A stretch of DNA of 64,000 bases from Bispira polyomma (lineage: Eukaryota). The stretch is taken from positions 73,346,001 to 73,410,000 of the forward strand of contig OZ287751.1 of the NCBI GenBank assembly GCA_965649765.1, written 5' to 3'. Made by a program: the position numbers and the translations under genes. The notes beneath the pieces are model-generated. The model worked only from the letters and a program-made list of their open reading frames with translations, was not told the DNA's origin and searched no databases. Within the stretch, counting starts at the first letter, position 1. The number at the start of each line of letters is the position of its first letter. Positions 1 through 12,484 of the stretch are shown one piece after another.

Positions 1-260
1 GCACTGTACACCACCGGCATCAGCAAATAACTGCCAACCTCAGAGGTGGACAGAGTCAAAGACAAAGTTGAGGGTTTTACATCCCGTTCAACAGTCAGGG
101 TCATATTGGGACAGGCCCACAGCATTTGTCACTTGTGGGAGGCGAACCCACACAGAGGTGACAGCCTGTGATTAGATGCCAAACTTGCTAACCACATGGC
201 CACTGAGGACCTCGCCTCAAAGATGGAGGCAAGTGCATTATTCACTATGCCACTGAGCCA
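1..260 (-). mobile_element. tRNA-derived SINE, interrupted by the 62-212 SINE and running off the window edge
   Basis: Head ggctcagtggcatagtgaataatgcacttgcctcc (260-213); body ggttggcagttatttgctgatgccggtgg (56-1) resembles the SINE core at 42479. Confidence 0.55.
62..212 (-). mobile_element. tRNA-derived SINE (inner element of a nested pair)
   Basis: Minus strand reads gtcctcagTGGCCATGTGGttagc...GGGTTCGCCTCCC...aatatgaccctgactgttgaacgggatgtaaaaccctcaac: A-box, B-box and a SINE-type 3' end. Confidence 0.7.
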
Positions 261-420
261 ATCTCTGTGAATTTATCTAGCATTATTTAGTATTCAAAGT
301 CCTGATAAACCACCTTTCACTACTAGCACCATTCTAACTGATGAAACAGTTTTGAGGACCCAATAAGACCCAATGACAGAGGACCACCATTTTAAGTGGT
401 CCTTTATGTATATATGTCTG

Positions 421-492
421 TACCTGGCTCACCCAGGCTGGTATTGAATCCTGGTCCTCCGTGTTTCAAAGCAATCTTGTAACCCACCAGGC
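421..492 (-). mobile_element. Degenerate tRNA-like SINE head
   Basis: Minus strand ggaggaccaggATTCAATAcc resembles a T-arm/B-box. Confidence 0.35.
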
Positions 493-1622
493 AGATAATT
501 ACATATTTGTGATTCTGCTATATTATAAAATAAGGTCATTTTTTATCAAACTAAAGTTTAGCATGTAACTCAGCCTTAAAAAATCATTGGGAAACCATAA
601 TATCTTCCCAGTGTAAAATAACAATACTTTTGTTTGATTTTATTGGGGTTTTTTTTGTCAAGAATTGCAAATAGGTTTGAGCAATAATTAGTAATTATTA
701 GACATAGTCTCATGTATCAAACATCAATAATGATTAGGCAGAAGTCTTTGTCTCATCCAATGTTTTAGTTTATAGCATAATAATGCTTCGTGTTTGATTC
801 AAAACTGAGAAAAATATCAACGTTTTTGCGTGATGTTTACTACCTTTTAGCGAAGCCAACTGGAGTGGTTTACTATTTCCGGCTTCCTGGTTACAGAGTA
901 TTTGAGGTAGAAAACGAAAATAATGGATAGGGTTGCAACAAAATTTATACAAGTAGTAAACAATTATAAATTTGTTTAATATTTACAGCTACTCAAAGGG
1001 AATGACTACTTAATAATTTCAAATGCATTCTGAAAGTTAATTCACCAAGATAAATCTTCAGAAGCTATTTATTTAAGGGCCTTTCTGTAATGTTCGGCCA
1101 TCTTGGATTTAACAGGAAATCACCTAGTTCTATATTTTTTAAGATATCTAAAAAAAAAACAATAGTTCAGACCTATTTTCATTAATACTGAAATGTCAGG
1201 CTATGATTGATGTTTAATTTGGTATGATTTGTAGGGCCAGGTCTTCACCGGACTTGAGTATAGCTCAAAAGATATTATACAAGATATTATTTAATAGTGG
1301 TCTGACTCCAAACATAGAATTATACTCGATATACATACTTATTGTGTGACGTTGAACACTCCCTGTGTACTGATAATCAAGTAGTATTTCTGTGTGCAAT
1401 ACTTAATAGTTTCAAGTGTAACATATATTAAGTAGTTTGGGGGATTGATTTTGTGTGAATATATTTACATACTGTCTGATATTGAATACATATAGTGGGG
1501 TATTAACTTATCAATCAATCTGAAATGATTGACAACTTAATCATAGCTAAAGTATTAAAAATGTGTGTACTATGTGTACAAATTGAAATAAATAAATAGA
1601 TATTCCAACAACATATGCTTAC

Positions 1623-1706
1623 CTTTTGTTTTATGAGACATAGGATCATCCTAAGGAGTTCAGCTTTCCCTCTACCATCAAAATAATATAGCACTGCCTC
1701 GGGCAT
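1623..1706 (-). CDS. GST: Glutathione S-transferase (alpha/sigma-like), first coding exon; later exons not identified and probably left of the window
   Basis: MPEAVLYYFDGRGKAELLRMILCLIKQK matches the GST N-terminal LxYFxxRGRAExxR motif with the catalytic Tyr; followed by donor AAG|gtaagc (phase 0). Confidence 0.85.
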
Positions 1707-2109
1707 TTTGTAAATCAAAATATGCAAAAATTCAAACTCTTCAACACTGTATAACTAGGAGCTGTAAAGAACTGCAAGATGTGTATATATGTACTGCCCC
1801 GAGTAATGTAACAAGAAGACTGATGTCACCAAGGATATATCTGATATATATAGAAGTACATATCAGTACTTACACATGTGTACCATCGCATGCATGTGTA
1901 TTTGCACAGTGAGATAAGATCTTTGTTATTCTCTAGTCTCACCAAACACTGCTATATGTGCATATATATATATACTGTATATATACTTAGATCTCATGGT
2001 GCTGTTTATTCCCATAATAACACATATCTATAGCCATTAGATTTGCTTTGTTTTGGGTATTGACTTAGTTTTGTGATATGAAGTATCTAAATACAAAGTG
2101 TAATAAAGG

Positions 2110-2439
2110 ATCTTTACTCTTGTCAAGTATTATAGGATGGTTATCAGTATATTCAAGTAAGAATATAAGCTGTTGATTAAGTCTTGTAGAAACTTTACTT
2201 CTAAAAATGAAGTCCAACAAGGTAACTTAGAATGTCTATCAGATTTGCCCATGGTATGTATTTTCATATATTTGATCTTTACTCTTGTCAAGTATTATAG
2301 CATGGTTATCAGTATATTCAAGTAAGAATATAAGCTGTTGATTGAGTCTTGTAGAAACTTTACTTCTAAAAATGAAGTCCAACAAGGTAACTTAGAATGT
2401 CTATCAGATTTGCCCATGGTATGTATTTTCATATATTTG
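2110..2439. repeat. Tandem duplication, 2 x 165 bp
   Basis: 2110-2274 and 2275-2439 differ at 2 positions seen. Confidence 0.95.
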
Positions 2440-4699
2440 CCAATGAAAAAGCCTGTTTTGGGAAGGAAAAATCCATAAAAAGGTACTTTAAAAAAATTTT
2501 ACCCCACAGAATTTAATTTTTTTCTCCCCAGTTGTGGAAAATTACAAACTGTAACTAAATATGAGAAAAAAACAGGGGGTCACCGCGCTAAATTTTTTGA
2601 AATCTCAATTTGTTTAGAATTTTTAAAACCCAAAACCTTATGTTTCTATTGAAATAACAGGAAACATGGCGAATTGTTCTGAAGATAAACATTATATTTA
2701 TAGCAGAGTGGCTCAAAAAAAGGCCAAATAACACATCATTCCGAATAGACAATTTAACAAAACATATTTTCTGCAATTTTCATGAACAAGTATTGAAATT
2801 TATTTTTTTAGGGAAAAAATGGTAGTGAAGAACGTTAAACCATTTTAATTTCATTTTAAAAATTGAACTTTAGAAGGGTAAGACACCATTTTACTTTTAC
2901 AATAAATTTTGAAAAGCTTCTGTGGCGGAATTATGGACTTCATTTATACTGTGCTATCAATTTATTAATGACTATCTCAGGAGTTGCTTTGTTAATATGC
3001 TTTGTTTTATGCATGTACATTCTGCTCTTGTTGAGAAGTTTTTTTTAATTATTGTGACAAATATACTTGCCTTATCCTTACTAATGCTATAATTTTGTTT
3101 ACCTTTAATTGGCCAACTAAAAATAGAATTAATCTTCTTTTTAAACTAATTTTTTTTAAACTCCTGACAACTTCACTAATGATTTTAGTCGCCACACGTA
3201 CACATCACTCGACCACGCCTGGTTTTTGACTATTTAGGAAACAGAATTGGACCTTTTTAGAAGTTGGAAGGGGAATAACCTGGCTGATAATGCAGCAAAA
3301 AAAAAACAGTGTTCGGCCCCAAAATGTATGCCCATCATTTCTATGATTTTGACCAACATGGTTTTGGTTTGGCCTGCCGTCTAAAGAAGATTGGGGATGA
3401 TGTTTCATTTGACCTCGACAGATGATTGTTACTTGTGTATCCAGTTGACTGAGGATTACAAAAGAAAGTGCAACTTTTGGAAGAAGAGTTCATCGATGAG
3501 TCTGAGCCCCCAAAGTACTCTCTATCCACATCATCACAAGATCCCCTACAACTCATTCTTCAAGAGCTCTTTTATTTTGACTGCATAGAGAATTCAACAT
3601 GGTACATGAGTGGCGTTATGCACAGCGTTCCATATCCCAATGGCGCTGAGTGATGTATTGCTACCTAATTATACATCTATATAGGCCAAGTTTTCAACAT
3701 GAGAAATATGACTCAATATCACTGAAATATGCAGAATTTCTAGTCAAAAGAGCACATGGGTTGCGTCGATTTTATGGCCTGATTTCTTCATATTCATAGA
3801 AATTCCTGAGTTCTAATTAGAGGAAGGAGTTCTTACAAATTTACTCGAATAACAAAGTAATCTCTGGGTAGTTGGATCATTAATTATTTCCTGAAAGACT
3901 GTTTGATTCGGTCTTCATCTTAAAGTGAGAGTCACATCCGGAATTTAATCACAATACTTCAGTCCATGGGCTAGGTGAATGTTATACAAAGTCCGAATTC
4001 GATCCTACAGTGAACATTCCAGTCTTGTAAGATATTATCTGGACAGATCAAACAGAAATTTTTTACTAAAGATATCACAGGGGCTACGACATTCTACTCT
4101 ATCAAACAAACTGCAGTTATGCCTTATGTAGTACATGACGACATTATTGAGTCTCGCACTCAGGTTAGACGCATGACCTTAGGTCAATAGTAGCATCTCT
4201 GAAATTTAAAGGGGGAGTCTCACTAGACCAGATTCTGAATGTACCTTAGGCTTAGTGTTTAGTGTCCACACCAACTTTTATATCTTCATATTTCCAGTCA
4301 TATGCTGACAATCTGTGTGTTTCGCTTACTTTTAGTCCTCTTCCTGCGAGGTATGGAAGTAAATTTTGCGTTCAGTTTGCAAAAATGATACTATAGGAAA
4401 GACTGTTTCTTTGCATGAGGTACAGAGTGCAGTACATTCTCGTTTAAGTGGGTATTGGATAGCTTTTCATCAGAGTTTTTTTCACGATATATTATAATAT
4501 TACAATTATAGAGAACAGGAGTGTTATAATTATTTACATTTCCAACACAACATACATATAACAGTACAAAGAACAGATATACTTTTGTACACGCCTCCAT
4601 GTAATACATCAATTATATATCAATTATAAATATAAATTAAGAAAACAAGTAAATTAAATTATTATTTGTCCTAATACATGACATTAACATTAGAGGGAT

Positions 4700-5420
4700 A
4701 AATATATAATACAACTGGTAACTTTCTCAAAGGGCTGAGTTTTTATAATTATGATCACCTTAGATTTCTCCAAAAAGTGATTGCCAGAACGGCCATTTTT
4801 TATCAAATATATCGGATGCCAAAGTAAGTTCCGAAACACATTTTTTTTAAAAGTATCTGTTTTTAATCTGCTTTTGAAGACAATAAATGTCCAAATTATT
4901 TGTATTCTTTGAACAAAAGTAAATATAATATCTTGTGGATAAAATAACAAACTTTAAGGGCCAAAGATTGTCATCTTGAGTACAATATTCGAGAATTTTT
5001 ATGGTATCATCAAACTTTACATTATAATTTATCTTTCTATAGATCCACTGCTTAATATTTTCCCAGAGATCACTACTTTTGAACATTGTACAAAAAGATG
5101 TCTTATACTTTCGGGATGCTGTTACATAGTGAACACAAGTTACATTCGGCTATTTTGACCTTAAATATTTATTCTTTAGTATCTAGAATGTTGAATACAG
5201 TTTTGTATTAAAACCAAATTAGCTCATTGACTACAACAGATTTAAAACATACTTTAAATATCCATCATCATACTTCTTCTAAATCATTGTGTGTTCCTAG
5301 TAGTTGTATCCATTTTGTTTTAAATAAAGGTAAATTATCATCAATATCTTTAAAAATCTGTTTACATACTTTATTTTATTGTGTTTTTTTAGCAACTTTA
5401 GATGTAATGGACAAGTCGGT
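4700..5420 (-). mobile_element. L1/Tx1-type LINE ORF2 3' relic (zf-RVT region)
   Basis: Broken translation WIFKVCF..LIWF*YK..ILDT..CSLCNSIPESIRHLFVQC..LWENIKQWI..ILSTRYYIY, with stops and frameshifts. Confidence 0.8.
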
Positions 5421-5812
5421 CTGAAATACAATGTCGAGTTGCCTTTTTGCATGATTATGTTTTCCTGGAGAAAGAAGGAGATAGTGGAAGACCCTTGGTT
5501 ACACATGGTTACAACGTGTCAACAGGGTAATCTCTGAATCTGTAGGAATTTGTGTTTTTATATTTGGTATATATACACTCTTTTGTCTCTAGTTTGTATC
5601 GTTTTATGAATTTTTGTACTAATATTTTGATTCCATAATAATCTAATATATTTGGGTTATTTGGGTTGATTGCTTACTGATTCATAAGAAACTGTCCAGT
5701 AAAGTAATTTGTTATCCTCATAGGACAGCACTACTTACTATGAATTTGTTGGTAACATATTTACTGGTGCTTAAGAAATTGTCCAGAAACGTAACTTTCT
5801 TTATCCTTGTAA

Positions 5813-6060
5813 TGCCATGGTCACACTGGCCTTATGTTTTGCTTATGCACAAAAAATGGCTAACGTAAGGTAAAACATAGTGAAATGTAAGCAGAACGTA
5901 GCATACTTGAGTAAACGTAAGCATACATGAGTAAGATGGTCCCTTAATATCCCGTTTTTAAAAACGTCTTTTTTTTTTGGACTACTCAAAATTATTCCCG
6001 CACGGGTGGTGCATTAGCAGTAAACGTATGACATGTATTTAATGTGTATTTGACATGAAA
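5813..6060. mobile_element. Probable Harbinger-type MITE fragment next to the BEL insertion
   Basis: taa followed by tgccatggtcacact resembles the TIR of the MITEs at 25798 and 63335; second TIR not found. Confidence 0.35.
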
Positions 6061-6079
6061 AACGGGAGTAATACAAATT

Positions 6080-6704
6080 TGTAAATAATGTTAATTTCTT
6101 AATATTGTGAAAGTATATTTTTATTACACACATTAGTGCATTGTAGATGATACACCATTTACTGTCTTAAATGAGAGCATTGTATACACACTTGTTGAAG
6201 ATTCTAAAACTCTGCTGTATGTGTAATCTAATACCTTGTTATCAGTTAAGAGGAAATGACTCACCACACACAGGGATGGACTTTGTACTGTTCTGGCTGT
6301 TTTTTAGCTTGGAATATAGTAGGTGTTTTATATTTGTTTCTTTGTCTTTGGCTGTACACTGAATTATGTAGGAGTAAATAGAAGCATTTGTTTTTGGATA
6401 TATGCAGAACTTGGCCCAAAATAGTTGGTAAATATAACTTATTTCTTGTTTTCTGGCCTTAATAATTGTTAAGGTATTGTAAGTTCATATAATATGAAAC
6501 TACTGTAAAACAGACAAAATGTATAATGTAATAATGTGAGTAGCTTTGATTATACTAGAGTTTAGAAGTCAATGTTATTGTGTTAAAGCTGCTTTATGTC
6601 AATTTGGCTGTTGTATTTGTACTAAGGAAGTTTTATGTTTATGTTTCAGTTTTACGTGATCTGTGAGTGAATAAATTAGATATAATTGGACCTGGGCATT
6701 TACA
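6080..6704 (+). repeat. BEL 5' LTR (625 bp)
   Basis: Direct repeat of 12485-13131; TG...CA ends with 7-bp terminal inverted repeat. Confidence 0.97.
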
Positions 6705-6737
6705 GTAAAACAACTATTGTGTGGTTGAAATCTTGAA

Positions 6738-8684
6738 ATGGATAGAAGGCAGCCAGAAACAACACACACACCCTGCTATGAATCAGGATACACAGAGCAG
6801 GGGATTAGACCTGAAGATAGTGCCTCCCAAGTAACTCGAACATCTCGGTCATCACGGGTTAGTTCAAGGGCAGAGATACTTAAATTGGAAGATGCCAGAA
6901 GGGAGGCAGAACTGAGGGAAAGGATGGCTGCCCTCCAGGAAAATCAGAATTTAGAACGTGAGTGGAATATGGTACAGAAGAGGTCGTTATTGCGTGCCAA
7001 GGAAATTGAACTGGAAAGGATAAAATTAGACGCTGAAATGGAGGATACATTGGCAGAAATTGGAAGGAAAGAACAGCAGCTAAGATTAGAGACTGAAAGA
7101 AATGTGGTCAGAGCAAAATCAAGAATAACAGAAGAGCTGCAAAGTGAAATAGGTTCCTATGTGTCAAGGCCCCGAATAAGTGCCTTTGCCCCTGGCAGTA
7201 TGAATTTGGATAATGATTACCCGACTCTAACTCCTGCCTATGCTACTGGGTCTGAACCCTTTCGTGGTGGCAATGCTGGCATCAAACCACCTATTAATTC
7301 TACACCTGCTGATCTACCCAGAGATTTGCCGACCAGTCAGAACCAACTTGATTCATCAACCCTGTTGGCTTCTGCACTAGACACCCTAGCAGACAAAATC
7401 AGCAGCAGTAAACAAGATCGCTTGCCCAGGATGATGCCAGAAAGATTCACAGGAGAATACATGGAGTACCCATTGTGGATTAAATCATTCGAGAGCCTCA
7501 TCGAATGGAATGCAGAGACTGTTAGTCAGAAACTTTACTTTTTGAGAAAATGTACCGGTGGTGAGGCTTATGAAGCAATTAAGGGACTGTTGTCAATGAA
7601 CTCAGAGGAGGGGTACATGAAGGCAAAGTCGGTTCATCAAAGTAGATACGGTGACGAGTACATTGTAGCCAGAGACTGTATTCAGAAAATTAAAAGATGG
7701 ACTCCTGTCAAGTTTGGCGATGGGAGAGCTCTTCGGCAATTCTCGGATTTTCTAAATAACACTCTCACCAGCTTGAATGCATCTGGTCATTTGAAGTCTC
7801 TCGACACAGAAGAGCAAGTAAGCATCATGTTGGGGAAACTTCCCAGGAATCTAATTGATAGATGGAGTCGCTTTGTGGACAGATGGTTGAATGAATCGAG
7901 TCATAGAGGGTATCCACCTTTTGCAGAACTTTGTCAGTTTATTGAAAGGGAGGCAAGAATTGCATGCAATCCAATTAATCTGAGGTATGACTCGGAAAAA
8001 CCTAAAGCTGCAGCTGCCAATAGGGAGGATATCTCCAGGACAAGAACCGCCAGAAGTTTTGCTACAATGACAAGAGAAACAAGTTCAAAACAATGTGTCA
8101 TTTGTAACCAGGATCACAAGATTGACGAATGTGGTAACTTTATAAAACTCAGCTGGGAAGAGAAAAGAGATACCCTAAAGAAGAAAGGATTATGCTATGG
8201 ATGTTTGGAAGAAAGACATTTAATAAAAACATGTAAACAAAGGCAGAGTTGTGAAACTTGTGGGGGATTACATCCAACAGTGCTGCATCGGGATAAAAGA
8301 CCAGAGATACAAGTTCATGCCACTGGTCTCGAGAAAGACACTCAAGAAATGGAGCTACAGGCTACACTTACACTGCACACAGGTGCACATGATGACACTC
8401 GCAAGCATGAAAGTGGTCACTATCACTCAATGATAGTTCCAGTTTACGTCAAACACAGAGATAGTAAAAAACGTGTACTTACCTATGCACTCCTGGATGA
8501 ACAATCAAATTCGACCTTCATGGCAAAAGGAACACTAAAGGAAATGGGTATTGGGGGACGAAAAACCAAGATAAAACTGACCACAATGTTGTCAACAGTG
8601 GTAGTGGATAGCCAAGTGGTCAATGGCTTGTCTGTTGTTGGTGCTGGACCAAAGAGATCATCAACTTGGGATCAGTGTATTTGA
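6738..8684 (+). CDS. gag: BEL gag-protease portion of the polyprotein (frameshifted to pol near 8650)
   Basis: Coiled coil, gag core (FTGEYMEYPLW), three Cys/His knuckles (CVICNQDHKIDEC, CYGCLEERHLIKTC, CETCGGLHPTVLH), protease motif ALLDEQS. Confidence 0.92.
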   Translation: MDRRQPETTHTPCYESGYTEQGIRPEDSASQVTRTSRSSRVSSRAEILKLEDARREAELRERMAALQENQNLEREWNMVQKRSLLRAKEIELERIKLDAEMEDTLAEIGRKEQQLRLETERNVVRAKSRITEELQSEIGSYVSRPRISAFAPGSMNLDNDYPTLTPAYATGSEPFRGGNAGIKPPINSTPADLPRDLPTSQNQLDSSTLLASALDTLADKISSSKQDRLPRMMPERFTGEYMEYPLWIKSFESLIEWNAETVSQKLYFLRKCTGGEAYEAIKGLLSMNSEEGYMKAKSVHQSRYGDEYIVARDCIQKIKRWTPVKFGDGRALRQFSDFLNNTLTSLNASGHLKSLDTEEQVSIMLGKLPRNLIDRWSRFVDRWLNESSHRGYPPFAELCQFIEREARIACNPINLRYDSEKPKAAAANREDISRTRTARSFATMTRETSSKQCVICNQDHKIDECGNFIKLSWEEKRDTLKKKGLCYGCLEERHLIKTCKQRQSCETCGGLHPTVLHRDKRPEIQVHATGLEKDTQEMELQATLTLHTGAHDDTRKHESGHYHSMIVPVYVKHRDSKKRVLTYALLDEQSNSTFMAKGTLKEMGIGGRKTKIKLTTMLSTVVVDSQVVNGLSVVGAGPKRSSTWDQCI

Positions 8685-11600
8685 GGGAGAATATTCCAGT
8701 GCAACGTGAACTCATTCCACGACCAGAAACTGCTGAGGCCTATGGACACTTGAAACCCATAGCTAATGAGTTCATGCCATATCTTCCAGATGTAGAAGTT
8801 GGTCTACTGATTGGACTTGATTGCCCTGGAGCTATTAAAGCACAAAAACTGATATCTGGTCCTGGAAATAGTCCCTGGGCAATGAGAACTGGACTTGGTT
8901 GGGGCATTGCAGGCATTGTTGACCAAGTTAAACTGGCCAGTGTGACGGAGGATGAATCTTGTCACGTCGCATTTAGAACTCATGCAGCAGAGATCAGTCC
9001 AGCAGCTGTCATAAGAATGTTTGACCACGACTTTAATGAAGTTAGCCAGGATGAAAAGATTTCCTTAGAAGACAGAAGGTTTTTGAGGATCATGGAAAAC
9101 GGAATACAAAGATGCTCTGATGGCCACTATCAGCTGCCACTACCTTTAAGGGATGAACACTTAGCACTACCAAATAACAAAGAAGTTGTTTATAGAAGGC
9201 TAATGGGTTTGAGGCAAAGGCTTCAAAGGAACAAAGGGTTCAAAACAGACTACTGTGACTTTATGAACAAACTATTAGAAAAGGGACATGCAGAACCTGT
9301 CCCTAAGGATCAAGTTGATGGTCAGCAAGTATGGTATATTCCTCACCATGGAGTATATCATCCCAGAAAACCAGACAAAATTCGGGTGGTTTTTGATTGC
9401 AGCCTAGATGTATATGGAAGCAGCTTGAACAAGAATCTGCTACAGGGGCCTGATCAGACGAATAACCTTACAGGAGTATTATGCAGATTCAGGCAGGAAC
9501 ACATTGCAATCAGCTGTGACATAGAGGGGATGTTTCACCAGGTCAAGGTGAACGAAAGGCACAGAAATTTGTTGAGATTTCTATGGTGGAAAGATGGGGA
9601 CTTATTAAGGCCTCCCACAGAATACCGGATGACGGTACACTTGTTTGGTGCAACATCATCCCCTGGTTGTGCGAATTACGCGTTGCGTCACCTGGCTGAC
9701 ACTTACGAAGGTGACTATGGAATGACTGCTGCAAAGTTTGTGAAACATAACTTCTATGTTGATGATGGACTGAAATCAGTTGCCAAAGAGAAAGAGGCCA
9801 TAGAATTGATACAAGGAACGCATGCTCTATGTAAACAAGGTGGATTCAACTTACACAAATTTGTGAGCAGCAGCAAGGAAGTTCTCTCTGCTGTACCAGT
9901 GGAACTGCGTGCAAAGGAAGCTCAAAACCTGAACTTGGATTATGATCCATTACCAATTGAACGTACCCTAGGAGTAGAATGGGTGATTGAAACAGACTCT
10001 TTTCAATTCCGAATCACCATGAATGATAAACCATGCACACGCCGTGGAATACTATCAGTAGTTAGCTCTGTGTTTGATCCATTAGGGCTAGTGTCTCCAG
10101 TGACCATGGTTGGAACGAAGATACTACAAGATGCAATTCGAGACCAAGGGGATTGGGATGACCCAGTTCCTGAAGATATAAAAGGAAGGTGGGAAAAATG
10201 GAGATCACAGCTGCCCAGCCTGGCAAAGATTCAAGTTCCCCGCTGTTATAAAGAAAGGAACTTCGGCCAACAGGACTTGGTGGAGCTACATCATTTTTCT
10301 GACGCAAGTTTAGGAGGCTATGGACAATGTAGTTATTTGCGTCAAGTGAAGCATGATGGTTCTATCAACTGTGCACTAGTTCTAGGAAAGTCAAGAGTGA
10401 CACCACTGAAACCTGTTACAATACTTCGGCTTGAACTTACTGCAGCTGTTGTTTCAGCCAAAGTAAGTAAGTTTCTGGATAAGGAACTAGACTACGAAAA
10501 TTTGTCGCATTATTTTTGGACAGACAGCAAAATAGTGCTTGGTTACCTTCGCAATGAAGCTCGTCGATTCCACATCTATGTAGCCAATAGAGTTCAAGAA
10601 ATTCATGACCTGACAGATGTCTCAAATTGGAAGCATGTGTCAACAGATAGCAATCCAGCTGATGTTGCATCTCGAGGGGCAAATGTTGATCAACTACAAG
10701 AATATAGACCTTGGTGGAATGGACCTGACTTCCTGTGGAAAAGTGTACCTTTGGAACAAGATGATGTATTTCCAGAACTGAGGACATCGGATCCAGAAGT
10801 GAGACACACAGTTACGCACACTGCAGAAGTTAAAATAGAATTTGATGGGCTACTTGATAGGCTGAAATATTTCTCTTCTTGGTTCAGAACCAAAAGAGCA
10901 GTGGCTGTTTGTAGAAAGTTCCTTGACCTGCTTAAACTGAAGAAAGCCAAGAAACCTAAGTATTGTGTCCAGAGAGCGAACCTGAGTGCTCTGATCAAAC
11001 AGAACTATGTTCCAGTGAATGCTTTAGATTTACAGGAGGCTGGACAAGCGATACTAAGAGAGGTACAATCTCAGTCCTTCAATGAAGAAATAAAAGTGCT
11101 TCAGAACATACAGAGCATGGACCAGCAGTCTCCTAAACTTAGAAAGGTGACGCTGAGACAAGCAAGTTCATTGTATCGCCTGGATCCTTTCATAGGAGAA
11201 GATGGTCTAATTCGTGTCGGTGGCAGAATTAAACGAGCAAGTAGCCCTCGAGAACTGGTTTTCCCAGCAGTACTGCCACAGAAGAGTCATGTGTCTGGAT
11301 TAATAGTGAATGATCATCACCAACGCGTATGCCATGCTGGACGAGGCATAACACTCAATGAAATCAGAAGCTCTGGATATTGGATTATCAGGGCAAGGTC
11401 AGCAGTGATGTCATGCATCAATAACTGTGTGAAATGTAGAAAATACCGTGGCCTGGCAGTCCAACAAAAAATGGCAGATCTTCCAGAAGACAGGTTAGAG
11501 GCAACGGAGCCTTTCCGATTCTCTGCAGTGGACTACTTTGGCCCATTCTACATTAAGGAAGGACGCTCCACGAGGAAACGCTGGGGAGTAATTTTTGTAT

Positions 11601-12425
11601 GCATGGCTTCCAGAGCAGTACATGTTGAAAGTGCAAATTATCTTGATACAGATTCCTTTATCAATGCATACAGGCGTTTCACAGCCAGAAGAGGAGAGGT
11701 TCAACAGCTGAGATCTGACCGTGGAACAAATTTTGTGGGGGCAAAATCTGAACAACAAGCGATGCTGAATGAAATGGATCATGATAAAATAGGACAGACC
11801 CTACTCAAGGATTCATGTGACTGGATAAATTTTAAAATGAATGTCCCTCAGGCAAGTCACATGGGAGGGTCCTGGGAAAGAATGATTAGGTCAATCAGAA
11901 GTGTGCTGACTAGCTTGTTAGATGCCCATGTTGAACAATTGGATGATGAACTACTGAGGACATTTTTAACAGAAGCAGAAGCAATAGTGAACAGTAGACC
12001 AATCATATACCACGACACAACATCTAGTGAAGTCAAAGAAGCTCTATCACCGTATCAGCTATTGACTTTAAAGTCCCGCATAGTGCTACCACCACCAGGA
12101 GAGTTTCAGAGGGCCGACTAATACTGCAAAAAGAGGTGGAGGAGAGTTCAATATTTAGCAAACCAATTCTGGGCAAGATGGAAGACGGAATATTTGAGCT
12201 CATTACAAGAAAGGCAAAAGTGGAACAAGGTGTATGAAAACCTCTGTATCAATGACATTGTGTTGGTAAAGGACGAGTACACTCCGAGAGGTCAATGGCC
12301 ACTGGGACGTGTTGTACGAGTATTTAAGGCAGATGATCAACTTGTGAGAAAGGTAGCAGTTAGAATTGGACAGAAAGAGTATGAGAGACCAGTACAAAAA
12401 CTCGTATTCCTTTACAGATGTAAAA

Positions 12426-12430
<5 letters not shown>
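8666..12430 (+). pseudogene. pol: BEL pol (RT, RNase H, integrase); in-frame TAA at 12119-12121, frame continues to 12430
   Basis: KIRVVFD, FYVDD (RT); HHFSDAS, LELTAA, WTDS, NPAD (RH); HHCC zinc finger, VDYFGP, SDRGTNF, GSWERM (IN); BEL-type tail RGQWPLGRV. Confidence 0.95.

Positions 12431-12462
<32 letters not shown>
12429..12462 (+). repeat. Poly(A) tract (~34 nt) between pol stop and PPT
   Basis: Direct read. Confidence 0.9.
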
Positions 12463-12465
<3 letters not shown>

Positions 12466-12484
12466 ATTTGATTTTGGTGGGGAG

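Noticed and set aside
3190-4400. Possible decayed MULE-like transposase on the minus strand (KIDATH, IWNAVHNATHVPC)
   Set aside because: Motifs too short and broken to support a call without a profile search
6171-6362. 63-aa ORF repeated at 12576-12767
   Set aside because: Incidental ORF within the LTRs
8640-8690. Programmed ribosomal frameshift between BEL gag and pol
   Set aside because: No slippery heptamer; the shift falls after the protease active site; BEL/Pao usually has a single ORF, so a 1-bp lesion is simpler
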